Source: Pelomyxa schiedti
Lineage: Eukaryota; Protista; Evosea
Length of the DNA stretch: 64,000 nt
NCBI GenBank assembly: GCA_020536535.1
Contig: JAHLWZ010000858.1
Span: forward strand, 1 to 64,000
Direction of reading: 5' to 3'
The notes beneath the pieces are model-generated. The model worked only from the letters and a program-made list of their open reading frames with translations, ran no database searches and was not told the origin of the DNA. A program made the translations under genes and the position numbers. Positions 37,240 through 48,710 of the stretch are shown piece after piece. Positions within the stretch are counted from its first letter, which is position 1. Each line of letters starts with the position of its first letter.

Positions 37240-38634
37240 ATGCCACACTGGAAAGGGTCGCAGTTGTCACGACACCAACTCAGGCAACAAACAAACAAGA
37301 AGCCCACAAAGTCATTCAACTCATCAAAAGCCGGCGCAGGCACATCACGACTCTCAGCAACGAAACGCAAGCCGGAGCTCGACATCCGAGAGAAGAGGCA
37401 CCAAAACCATCTCCAGCACAAAGAGGCAGTAAAAAATGTGGATCAACTCGAGAGCCTACCGGTGGCACCAGTTCTGGGTGGTGTTTTGGTTGAAATGGTG
37501 ATGGCAAATGACGTGGATGCAACCGCGCAGGTCGGGAAGTACTTGGTTAAGATTGCGGTGGCCGAACCTGATTGGCGTTACCTGATGCGCCTCTTTGTTT
37601 ACCTAGATCTTTTCTCTCACTTTCTGGATCCGCAGCTCTTTCGGGGCTCGTCCTCAGATTACAAAACGCACAGCCGAAACATGTGTGTGGAGCTCCTGAC
37701 CGAGGCCCTCAGGGCTGGGAATGGAATGGCTGCTGTGTGCCTCGCTGAATACAACTTCAAGAGAGGAGACAACGAAGCAGCCATGAGGTTCCTCCACGAA
37801 CCTGCTGCTCTGGCGGTCGGCAAGTGCCACTTGTTGTTGGCGAGATGTTATTCAACTGGTGACAAAGGCCTGCCGAAGGACTTGTGCAAAGCTGTCGAGG
37901 AATTCCGCAAAGCAAATTGCTTTGATGCGTCGATGGAACTTGCCGGGCTGTGCAACCAGGTGTGCGACTGGCGTGGGGCAATTGAAGCTTATCACAGTGC
38001 AATTGGGTTCAAGGACTGTGATGCCACGGCGGTCCTGAAGGGAGTCAGAGGCATGTTGCCAGAGGATAACAGGGCAGAGAAATGGAAAAGGTGGGAGGAA
38101 GAAAAAGTGCACATGCTCCTTGAACTGTTTGAGAAAATTTCCCAACGGACGACCAGTACCAGCAGCATGTTGCAAGTCATTTCAGTTCTGATGCTTTTTG
38201 GTGGGAAGAAGCGGAACTTCTCCAAGTCACTTGACCTCTGCCTGGCTGCCCAAAAGCTGCCCTGTCAGGCAACAGTCAAAGAACAACGGTTACAGGAACT
38301 ACTGGGATCCTGGGGTGCTGACACAGCAACCAAGTGCACACTTGAAGTGTGCACACAAGTTCTGTCACGAGTTGTGAACGATCAGGAGAGAATCACAAGT
38401 TTCCTGCTTGGGCACAACCCTCGGTGTGGTCGTGGTTCATTTGTTTGGCGACTTCCTCAGTTTGTTGTTGGTGACATTGTGATGATGCTCTGGGTCCAGA
38501 ACTTCCACACTGTGGACTTGTTGCTTTCTGAGCTAATTTTTAGGCAAAAACGGAGAGATGCAATGAGAATGTGGGATAGTTCATCATCCTGCGAGCTCAG
38601 TTGGAGTGTGCCCCACAGTACCTTCGTTATGTAA
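37240..38634 (+). CDS. Intronless Sel1/TPR-like repeat protein, tandem copy 2
   Basis: Direct-repeat paralogue of 35693-37078 with the same MPHWKGSQLSRHQLRQQ start. Confidence 0.8.
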   Translation: MPHWKGSQLSRHQLRQQTNKKPTKSFNSSKAGAGTSRLSATKRKPELDIREKRHQNHLQHKEAVKNVDQLESLPVAPVLGGVLVEMVMANDVDATAQVGKYLVKIAVAEPDWRYLMRLFVYLDLFSHFLDPQLFRGSSSDYKTHSRNMCVELLTEALRAGNGMAAVCLAEYNFKRGDNEAAMRFLHEPAALAVGKCHLLLARCYSTGDKGLPKDLCKAVEEFRKANCFDASMELAGLCNQVCDWRGAIEAYHSAIGFKDCDATAVLKGVRGMLPEDNRAEKWKRWEEEKVHMLLELFEKISQRTTSTSSMLQVISVLMLFGGKKRNFSKSLDLCLAAQKLPCQATVKEQRLQELLGSWGADTATKCTLEVCTQVLSRVVNDQERITSFLLGHNPRCGRGSFVWRLPQFVVGDIVMMLWVQNFHTVDLLLSELIFRQKRRDAMRMWDSSSSCELSWSVPHSTFVM

Positions 38635-38790
38635 AAATGGATGAATTTTTTTTTCTTTCATCTTTCTCAACACCTTCGAGACATTTGTGCCTTCCCTGTT
38701 GACACCCTACCCAGTCTTTCATCTCGGCTCAGCCCCCAACCCGCCCTTACACTTTTCTGCAAAAAGATTTGCATTCTGATCACAGAGCCA

Positions 38791-40565
38791 ATGAACGCAG
38801 GCAGGACGAGACGCGGCACCGAACTGTTCACAACCCAGCAGCAGTGCAGGGACCCACCGCCCAACCACTTCTCCGCCGAGGTGCAGAAGAAGCTCGACAA
38901 GCAGCAGACCGCCTCGCCGCGCACTCGCACCGGCGCCCGCAGCAGCCGGGCCCCTCCCGCCGCGCCCCCCGCCCCGGCCCCGACCCCGACCCCGACCCCG
39001 GCCCCTGCCCCCCCCGCCCAGCTCTCGTCCTTTCCCCTTCTTCGCTCCCCCAGCCCCGCAAATGGCGCAAGCAGGAGCAGGGGCCGCTACCTCGCGGCTA
39101 CAGCCGCTACGACGACTAGCACGGCCACCCCGGGGGGCGCGAGGACCGGCACCGCCGCGTCTGCGCCGACGCGGCCCCAGGCGGGGCCCCCGAGCCCAAA
39201 ACGCCCGCGGAAAAGCCCCTGGCCGCCAGGCAAAATTAAAGTCGAGCCGCGTGTATACGAGAGTGGGAGTGAGAGCTACGGCGAGAGCGAGAGTGATAGT
39301 GGAAGTGGAAGTGGAAGTGCCAGTGAAAGTGGGAGTGATATTGATACTGAGGGTAATGTCCGTACACTGGTGAAAAGAGAGAACCTGGCTGAGGAAAATG
39401 AAGAAGAACAACGACAACGACAACAGCAGCAGCAAGCTCAGGCAGTGTCAAATAGTAATGATTGGAGTAGCGGGTTTAGGAGAGATAGTGGGTTCTCTGA
39501 GTTTGTGGCAGGTTTGGAATATAGTGTGGAGGACCCCAGTTGCATTGAGCTAGAGGAGGAGGATAAAGAAGCGGGGAGGAGTGGATGTGGAAGTGCAGTA
39601 GTGAGAAGCGGGTGTGGGGACAATAGTGAAGAGATAAACTTGGATGATCAGGAAAAGGAAGTAGAAAACAAAGAAGAGGGCGAGAAAGAAACCAATTGCG
39701 AGATAGAGACAGATACCATTAAAAAAAAAGGAGAAGTGACATCCAAAGATTTTTTAGAATATGCCAAAAAAAAGCAGTTCTTGATATGGCTGACACAGGA
39801 ATTTCTCGCTCGTTCGTATCACAGTATGCTTCCATAGATTGCTTTTTCTTTCCCCTTACAGTTCTTAGAAACAACTAGTACAGGAAAACATATTAAACAT
39901 TGGGTGGCGTTATCCAATATATTGGAGCGTTTAGGTTTTTTCCACTGCACCCGAGATGTCATAATGACACAGTTCAACCATATAGGTAAATATCTTTTTT
40001 TTTCCTTTTTGCTTTTTTTTTATACTTTGCATACTTCGTAACAGATTGGAAGCTTTTTATCAACCTTCCTTGTACTTATGACAGAAATGAGTTATGGTAT
40101 AAATACGTACCTGATCACAGCTTGGAAGACGTGTGTTGATTGCAGGGCGGATTAACTTTAATAAAACCCCAGGTTGAAGACCTATTGGCACCATTGGAGC
40201 CAACAGTAATTATCAGGTTTTTTTGCGTGTTACTTACACCACATAGAGAGAGCCCATGCCTTCATATAAAGAGGTTCTGGACTGCATGCAAAAACAACAA
40301 CAGAGGATTATTGATTGCTTAAACGGATTCCAACAACAGTGGTCCGATTGGGCTAAGCAAGTTGATGCAAAGTAAGACTGTATTGTTATCTTCCAGTTAC
40401 TAATGTCAATGCAAACAAAAGACTTGGAACCCACTTTCCAAAAGTTGAACCATGTCTCGCCATTAAACTGTAAGTCTTGAGAGTTCTCACCAAGCCTAAT
40501 TTAATTTTCTAGTGAGCCAAAGAACAAGAAGACTTAGCTGCTTCCGAAAGTATTTCCGACATTTA
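38791..40565 (+). CDS. Hypothetical protein with Pro-rich, Ser/acidic low-complexity N-terminus and small spliced C-terminal domain
   Basis: Long first exon with basic PSPKRPRK, then short GT-AG-flanked exons in open frame; no family recognised. Confidence 0.55.
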
Positions 40566-40722
40566 ATTCCACAAGGCCAGATTTTCGGGCAGGATCGTGC
40601 TCACTATCTCCCACATTTTTGAAAGAACAAAAGACCTCACCATCATCTTGGGCTTTGCTGGCCCACAAAACTCCTTGAAAACAAACAACAAAAAAAGGTG
40701 TTTTTTTCCCCATGTTAGTCTT

Positions 40723-42213
40723 TCAGGAGGCAGCACCTTCAATAGCAGCAATTGCGGCCAGACCAGAAGCAAAGAAGAAAAACAGTACCATCTTGAGGGG
40801 TTTTGAGCCAGGAGACTCGAGTGCCTCGTGCAACAGTTCAAACACACCAACATATACAAACACCCCAGCACCAACCCCAAGCATTACACCAGTAATTACA
40901 CCTATAGTAGTCACGTGATGTACACCACTGGACAGTGAGGCACTATCTTCAGACTTGAAGAGGAGAACAACAATTCCCACCACAAGGGTGATTGGCTCCA
41001 CCAAGATGAAAGATACAAGCAGGACAGAGCCGGCCAGAAATGATATCTTCAGGTTGAAAAACAATGTCACCAGTGCCCCAGAGTGAGACCATTCGTGGGC
41101 TGCACAAGCTATTGCCAGTGCTATAGTGTCATCCAAATCAGGCATCAGTCCCAATGCAAATCCTGTCACAGCCGCATGAACCGCCATGGCAAGAGTGAGG
41201 GCACCAGCCTTGAATAACTTCCGGTGGCCCCTTTCCTTGCTATAGTCTTCCGCTTGCTGCACTTCCACTCGCGGTTCCCTAGCTTCATGCTTGGCGCTAT
41301 GAACTGACGCCCCCTTCCTCCTGCGCCCGGTTGTTGCTGTTGCTGTAGGTATAGACATATTTCCGTCATCAGACATTCTGTTATGGTCCCCTTGGTTAAC
41401 CTCCCCTTGGGAACTATCCTGATCAAGGACATTCATTTCAATGTCATTGATTCCTACAGAATCTTCATCATAGTCAATTCCGGAAGATACATCGGGAATC
41501 TTGTTGTGGTGCTGCAGCGCTGTAGTACCCCCACTGCAGTCTGCCGTTGCAGCACCCTCTATTGCCAACATAAGGCTGAATCCGGCAATAACCAGATATA
41601 GAGCCAGCGGGAATTTGAGGCCAAGAGAGTTCAACTCAAGTATGGCATCATCAGCCATGTGGCACAGCCCCACGCCGAAGAAAACGCCGGCCGAAGCTGC
41701 AGTGATTAGTGACATAGCAACCTCAACCGTTCTGTTTGTATCCAGCCTAGTGGTGTCCCCATGACCAGTTGCACCGCTGCCCTCACTCGTGCCCGAACCT
41801 GGTGAGGATGTAGTGGTTGTAGTAGTTGTAGTAGTAGTGGATGTGTTTGTGCTTGTTCCTATGGCAGGTATAGCCGGATACGAGGAATTAAGGGCCAGAG
41901 GAGGGGGAGTCGAGGACGGGCACACAAGGTTAGTTTCGGAAGTGGAGGTCGACGCAGACAGAGGAGTCAGCGACGGAGAAGGCGGGGGAGGCGGAGACGT
42001 AGGGGTCTTGGGAATGGAGAGCGAAATGGCCAGGGCAGAGGAGGGTGACATGGAAGAGGACGAGGAAGGGGAGGCGGCGGAGGAGGTGGATTTCTTGGAA
42101 ATGGACACGGCAGTGCGGCGGATTAGGATTGGGATGAGGGCACCAAGGGCAGTCTCCAGGGGCAGGAGTATGGCGCACAGGACCTTGACTAGGATGATGG
42201 TGCTGAGTCCCAT
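40723..42213 (-). CDS. ZIP (SLC39) zinc/iron permease, intronless
   Basis: About 8 hydrophobic helices; SAGVFFGVGLCHM, AVHAAVTGFALG, AAHEWSH, GAGVFVYVGVFELL. Confidence 0.9.
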   Translation of the reverse strand: MGLSTIILVKVLCAILLPLETALGALIPILIRRTAVSISKKSTSSAASPSSSSSMSPSSALAISLSIPKTPTSPPPPPSPSLTPLSASTSTSETNLVCPSSTPPPLALNSSYPAIPAIGTSTNTSTTTTTTTTTTSSPGSGTSEGSGATGHGDTTRLDTNRTVEVAMSLITAASAGVFFGVGLCHMADDAILELNSLGLKFPLALYLVIAGFSLMLAIEGAATADCSGGTTALQHHNKIPDVSSGIDYDEDSVGINDIEMNVLDQDSSQGEVNQGDHNRMSDDGNMSIPTATATTGRRRKGASVHSAKHEAREPRVEVQQAEDYSKERGHRKLFKAGALTLAMAVHAAVTGFALGLMPDLDDTIALAIACAAHEWSHSGALVTLFFNLKISFLAGSVLLVSFILVEPITLVVGIVVLLFKSEDSASLSSGVHHVTTIGVITGVMLGVGAGVFVYVGVFELLHEALESPGSKPLKMVLFFFFASGLAAIAAIEGAAS

Positions 42214-42700
42214 CTTTGAAACAATTGGCTCTTGCTCTCACTCTAAGTGGTTTAAAAACACCCAACTACAAGGAACGAGGGTCCCCTCGGAAATAGAAAC
42301 GCCTCTACCTCGCTAATTGTGATTGTGTTTGTTGTTTTGGGGTGGTTTTTTTTATGTGTGGCTTGTTTCGCGTGCGCCGATTGTAACTGTCGACTCTTCT
42401 GCCATCTGATTAGCTCGACGCGTCATTTCCTATCTGGGAAGGACGAGGCCACTAGAATCTTAGGGGATGTGACACGCTCTGGTGTCACTCTTCAACACTG
42501 ACAACATAAGATAGCTGGAGTGAGTACAGCAGATTACACACCCAGTCACTGGTAACATGGAACCCGATCTGATCTGCAGAAACGCTGAAGGTGCACCCTT
42601 AACTTCTGCCGTTAAGTACAAGTGAATGAGTGAACTCCTCAAACCACTCAGAGGAGCAAAAAAAAAAAAAAAACTACAAACAGCACCGGTTGGGGATTGA

Positions 42701-45700
42701 ATGGCAACGGCGCCGGCAACCGCACCTGTGCCAACACCGACAGGCAACACTTGTTACAGGGTGACATGTTGTGCCTCCAGAATAGACCGTAAGGACGGCA
42801 TTGGCTCCGCCTCGGACGCGTAAACCTCCCAGCACAAACAACCCACAATTCAATCCTCCACAGTTACGTTGTGATCAAGTCTGCCGACGACGGGCGCACC
42901 GTTGGCCGCTCGGGGGTCGCGTGGAACACCCTGGACCCAACTTGGGAGCCGTTCGAACTGTGCCTCGACCCGCCGCCGACGTTGGGGTGTCCCAAAGGAA
43001 CCAAGACCGCACAGCCTGGAAAGCAGGCCAAGGGAGAGGGAGAGGTCCCTGGCACGACTCCAGGAACTTCCCAAACAATTTCAGGAGCCACAACAACAAC
43101 TCCAACAGATGCCGCTGCTGCTGCTGCAACAGCTCCATCACAACTAGCATCAGTTAATACTACTGGATCCACAGCTTCACCTTTGGCATCAACTTGCGGA
43201 GCAGGCACTACTACAAAGGGGGGAGCTGTTGCTCCTATGTTGGATATTGAGGTATGGGATTGGGATGACACTAGGCAGGACGACTACATTGGAGGATTCC
43301 AATGCAGTTTACTTGAATTTGTGACACCCAATGTCCCTCGTCCCTTGATCAATCCAGCTAAAGTCGGGAAGTATGCTATTTTCTTTTGAAAAACCATAAC
43401 CTCCAAAAACCTACTAATTGAATACAGATTATACACAAACTCTGGTACATTTGTAGTTACTGATGCCCAACCAGTTTTACAATCCTTGCTTTCTGCAACG
43501 TCCTGGAAAATAACCCTGAATGCTACAGAACTTGACCCGATGGATGAAGCAACGCTTCTTGCTGGTATACCCTCCCTCTAGAGAAGTGATTGAGATAAAA
43601 ACTAGACCCTTTTTTTATCATGGTGAGATCGGAGGTCCCTCCACCTGGAGAAACAGAATTGGTACCCCCTGTGGTACTTCCAACTGATTCCTTTTTTGTC
43701 ACCATAACACTTCACTCCAGGATACGAAGGCTCCTTCGGTTACCAAAGCAAAGAAAGGAAAGAAGACAAAGCCTTTACCAAAGACAGAAGCGGTCTCCCC
43801 TGGGGCCGCAGAACCTGTTCCTGAAGAGCTAGAAGGGCTTACTTCCGACGAAATAGTTATTTATAGGAGTCAAGTGCAGAGGAACACTGCCAAGTAGTAT
43901 CACATTTCATTCATATGAGCGTTATAACACCACCCAAAAGCCCTGCCTGGCCCCAGTTTACACTTAATGCGTCTATATTAGGCGCCATAGATGGTTGGGT
44001 TACATTGCATCTCTATGTACTTTCTTACTGTTGAGTTGTTTTCCTAAAGAAGTTAGGACTGGGATGAACCGCAACTTCGCCACCAGTACATGGGAACATG
44101 TAATTTTCCAGTGGGTGCACTCCTTACCAAAGGAAGCGCCTCAACCATTAGCAATATTCCCGTGTGTTACCGGGACATTGATTGGGTATCTTCTGGTACT
44201 ATGCATGTCCAATCGGTTGTTCCGTCATGGGACCCTGTCACTCCTGACGCCGCTATTGTGGAATATATAATACAACCCACTGCCCAAAAAGTTTGTGCAT
44301 GCCCTCTTGTTCATTGATTTAACTTACTTTTCTCCCATTCAGCTGGGTGGGGGAGGGGTCCTTAAAAATCTTTTAAAAAAACCTTCAATGGATCCTTTTG
44401 TCATTCTAAAATTGCCGGATGGATCAATTTTGGTTTGCATATCCACATATATTTGCCATTTTGCCGTTAATCTGGAAATACCATAGCATCAAACAGAAGT
44501 CTTACAGAATAACCCAAACCCTACTTTCATGGAGTTCAGGTGAATCAAATTGTTTTATTTTCTTCATCTCACTTTTCATACAAGACTTCCTGTAGCAAAA
44601 GTTGGTGGATTGGACATACCAATCACCTGGTGTGCAATTGCTGTAGCCAGTTCAAAACTGAGAGTACGTTAAGGGAGTTCCACGATGCCGATCCGGCAAA
44701 TAAAAAATCAGCATTGATCGGGACTGTAACAACTTCCCTGAGACACTTGAGTTTTTTTGGGAACCAGCCAGTGTGGAGTATTATCAACGCCGCCAAAGCT
44801 TCTGCAGCTGCAGACTCAAGTACTGCGGTATATGATAACTCTGGTGTACTGCGCATTCAAAAGTTTGAGCCAGTGCTAAATCCTGCACTAGTGGTACCCA
44901 CTTCTTTTAAACTATTCTAAACAAATAACGAAATATCATTTTTTTGCAGCCTGCAATTCCACTTTCAACCCCTACTACACCACCAAACCTTGGGCTTACT
45001 GGTGACAGCTCGTTTCATTCCTATCGCATACTTAACACCCCTAGGTCCAGAGGCAGCTTTTGCTGCAGAAAGTGCTGCAATCATGGCTGTTGTACCTGGG
45101 CAACCTCCTGCCTACCAATTATTTTGTCAAGCTACAAAGTTGGACTCTAAAGATGGATTGATCAACCGCACATCTGATGGGTTTGCCCCCACCCGCACTC
45201 CTTTATGTAATTTTCCATTGTACAGTTACATTGTCATTAAGAACCCACTGGGAAAGGTGGTTGCCAAATCAGGGGTGATTTGGGTCAATCTTAGTCCAGT
45301 CTGGGAACCTTTCGAAATTTCTACAGTAGAGTGTAACGCCGGAGCTACACCAACTCCAACAACACCCAGTACTCCAACTCCCGCCACAAAAGGAAAATCA
45401 AAAGTACCAGTAACACCGCCCAGTGCTGGTGGTTTGGTAGTAGAGATATGGGATTGGGATGCAACTGGAAGAGATCACTTTATTGGGATTTTTTCTTGCA
45501 CTCTTTCAGAGCTTACTACCCCCAATGTACCTCGCACTCTGCTCAACCCTGACAAGCAAGGGAGGTAATCTCCATTACTTCCCCAATTTCTACTCATCTT
45601 TCCTTCAAGGATGTTCTATTCCAACTCGGGGATTTTCAATACGGTGGATGCGCGACCTGTGGACAGACCATCACTGACTGCAACCTCATGGAGAATCACC

Positions 45701-47523
45701 ATCTCCGCGGAAAATTTGCCTAATATGGACAATGGTTTCCTTGTCAATGCAGGTGTGCAAAAGGAAAGACAAAAACAAAGTGATCTTTGCATTAGACGCA
45801 TTTTTTTACCTTGTACGGAGAGATGGACCATCTCCCGGAGCTGTTGAACTTATACCTCCAACGGTATTTCCCCAAAGGTTCTGTGATATTTTGCAAACTG
45901 CAAAAGGGGAGGAAGGGAGCACCAAAGACCACAACAACTAAGCCAACACCCACAGTCCCTCCTCTACTAACTGGTTTGACTCCAGATCAGGTGGTTATCT
46001 ATAAAAGCAAAGTCATGCCTTCAACCCTTTGGTACATATGTTGTATTTATTGGGACAAACAAGAAAAAAACTAATATTCAAACTCAAAAAAAGCCCAACT
46101 TGGCCAGAATTCGCCATTGATTCTATTCTCATGGGAGGAAATGTTAATGGAAATGTGACCCTTCATGTTTATGTATTTTTTCTCCCGCTTCTTTTCTCTT
46201 TTTAATACATCGCTTAGGATTGGGATAATGTGGGGCAGTCAGAGTACATTGGCTCCTGCGATTTGACAGTGAGGGAGTTAACAACAACAGGAACTGCGAT
46301 ATCTATTTCACCCGTTCCACCATGCCACAGGAGTTCCGGGTGGTTGTCAAGTGGCACTCTCAAAATAACTCGTGCAACCCCATCTTGGGAGAGAGCCGGG
46401 ACAGGAGACAATGTTACTGAATATATTGTGCAATGTGAAGGACAGAAGGTTCTGTTTTAGGTGTCTATTCCTGGATTGACGAATCCCCCAGATTGGAGGG
46501 AAATCTGGATCCCTGTTCAAGAAAGTTATTGTCAATCCATACCTTGTAATCTCACGTCCAGACGGATTCAAATTGGTTTGCCAATGTATCAATGAATTTA
46601 GTCTCATTGCGTTCCAAGCATACAACAGAAGAGCTGGTGAACAACTTAAATCCAATATTTACTGAGTTTAGGTTCGTTTCAATTATCACCTTTTCCTATT
46701 TTCATCAATTCCAACAGATTAAGTGTGTCTATGATTGGAGGTTTGGACGTTCCAGTGACTTGGTATCACCGGGCTCTTTCCCTTTCCAAGTTATGACATC
46801 ATCAGGCAATTCTTTGATAACTCCTCTGGTACCGCATCCCTAGTTGGAACTGTTACAGCGACACTTCGAGAATTTAGTTTTTACGCAAATCATGGACAGT
46901 GGCCAGTGATAGACCCATCTCGCACTTCAGATGAATCTGATAGCTATATTAACTCTGGCATCCTTATCATAAAAAAATTCGATCCGGTCCTTGGTGTTCC
47001 CACTCAGGTCTCACCATTCCTCCATGTAATTGTACTTACTGTGCGCTTGCTTTCCCAACAGGCTGCGGTATCTATAACGACTCCCCCCGGTTCCGCTCAG
47101 CCCAACCCACAAGCTTCCACCAGCAACTCCTCGTCCATTTATGATTCCTCTTCATCATCATCCTCGCATCACTCCCCCACAACACCAACACCAACAATCC
47201 CCTCCTGTCCTTCCACATCCACCCCAAATACAGCAGCACCAACACCGGCAAACCCCTCCATTTCCCCAATGTCATACCCGGGCATGGTGCCACAAGGAAC
47301 CAATACACCCACTGGCCTTCCCTACGGAGCAATGCCCCCCTACGCACCCATTACAATGCCGCCCTATCAGGGGTACCCGTACCCCTCCGGTCTCTATGCT
47401 GGCCCCCCCTACATTCCTCCTGGCCAGCCACAGCAACCAGGTGGTGTGTACTATCCACCGCCTCCTACGGGAGGGTACCCACCTTATCCACCTCAGCAGT
47501 ACTACCCACCACAGGGTTATTGA
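42701..47523 (+). CDS. Multi-C2-domain protein (about six copine-like C2 domains) with Pro/Tyr/Gly-rich tail
   Basis: Repeated NTLDPTWEPF / NLSPVWEPF / NNPNPTF / NNLNPIF, IEVWDWD...DDYIG, YxNSG motifs; C-terminal GYPP-rich low complexity; no vWA domain seen. Confidence 0.82.
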
Positions 47524-47985
47524 CCGTTCCTCTCGTTTCTAAAAGAATGTTTTAGTACCAGCAAGCTACTTTACAAATACAAAAATTCAAAAAAATTGCT
47601 GCCACCATACGCGAGGGACGGAGTCGGCTCCCTTTCCCCCTCAGACTTTCCATGGACAGACCAGACTTGACCCCGTGTTTCTCCTTGAGAACCATTTTGC
47701 TTGGTCGGCAACAAAGCAATAAAACCAGACACATGTTGAACCATTAAGGCCGTGGGCACACCGTCGAGGAAAGACTCTAACAGGAAAAACGTCATCTCAC
47801 CACAATGTAGCCATCACCACACTTGAAAAGATATAAGTCGCGGTCTCGTTTCCTAGAAGGTCCCTTTTTTTTGTTTTGTGTTATCATTTCCACAGAATCC
47901 AACAGAAAAAATAAAAAAACAAGTGAACCAACACCACCCAACAACGACATAGGAAACAATTAGTCAGCTGTATGAGCGTCTCACA

Positions 47986-48084
47986 CTCGTATTATGATGC
48001 AAGAATGGGATGTGAAGCATTGCGCATCACAGACTCTACAGGTACATGTTTTTCGAATAACAACTAGCACTGTTCTGAGGCGAG
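47986..48084 (+). ncRNA. Candidate box C/D snoRNA
   Basis: Intergenic; box C-like ATGATGC (47994-48000), box D CTGA (48075-48078), terminal CTCG/CGAG stem, and GCATCACAGAC (48024-48034) complementary to the conserved SSU rRNA sequence GUCUGUGAUGC. Confidence 0.4.
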
Positions 48085-48710
48085 CTAATAAGAAATTATT
48101 ATTTAATTTACATTGCCGCTGAAGCGCCCCCGCCACTCATAAATTAGATATAAAATAATAAATAAAAAGGTATTTTATAAATTTAAAAAATTGTTAATAA
48201 TCTCAAATTTTTTTTATTTCAACAAATAAAAAATAATAAATCGTTTTCCACAAAAAGGAGCATTTCTGTCCACCACAGAAGGGGCAATTTTAGTCCAAAT
48301 TCCGGGTACAGTGACTCTGACCTTTGGTACCTTTCCTACTCCACAGAAAGTCCTACTCACTGAGTCCAAAGTACTCGAAAATTACCCCAATGGAATCCAG
48401 CAGAGCACTTACCCTCACTGGCAGCAACAACCACTCCAACCAGAACAGCCAACAACAGACCCACCCGTGGAGCCACTTCCACTGCACGATGTTGCTCCTC
48501 CCGCTCACACTCCAAACACTCCAACACGACCCATTCCTATTGCCAGGATCCTGAACCTCCAGTGTTACGTTCCAAGCCCAATGCAGACAGTTGAGTTGGG
48601 TGCTTCACCACCATGCGAAGGACACCCGGACCTCGTCAATGGACCAGGAACAACAAATTTATGTTAAGAAAATGAGTCTGGTTCCTAACAGAAAAAAAAT
48701 ATGATGATTA

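Noticed and set aside
35693-38634. Diversity-generating retroelement or transposon-mediated duplication
   Set aside because: No reverse transcriptase, transposase or terminal repeats, and the differences are not adenine-specific.
47635-47660. GGAAAGTCTGAG on the minus strand resembling RNase P RNA conserved region I
   Set aside because: No downstream partner strand for the P4 helix; only ~50 nt remain before a T-tract.
48311-48667. 118-aa Pro-rich + strand ORF
   Set aside because: Non-ATG start and no recognisable domain; cannot be supported as a gene.
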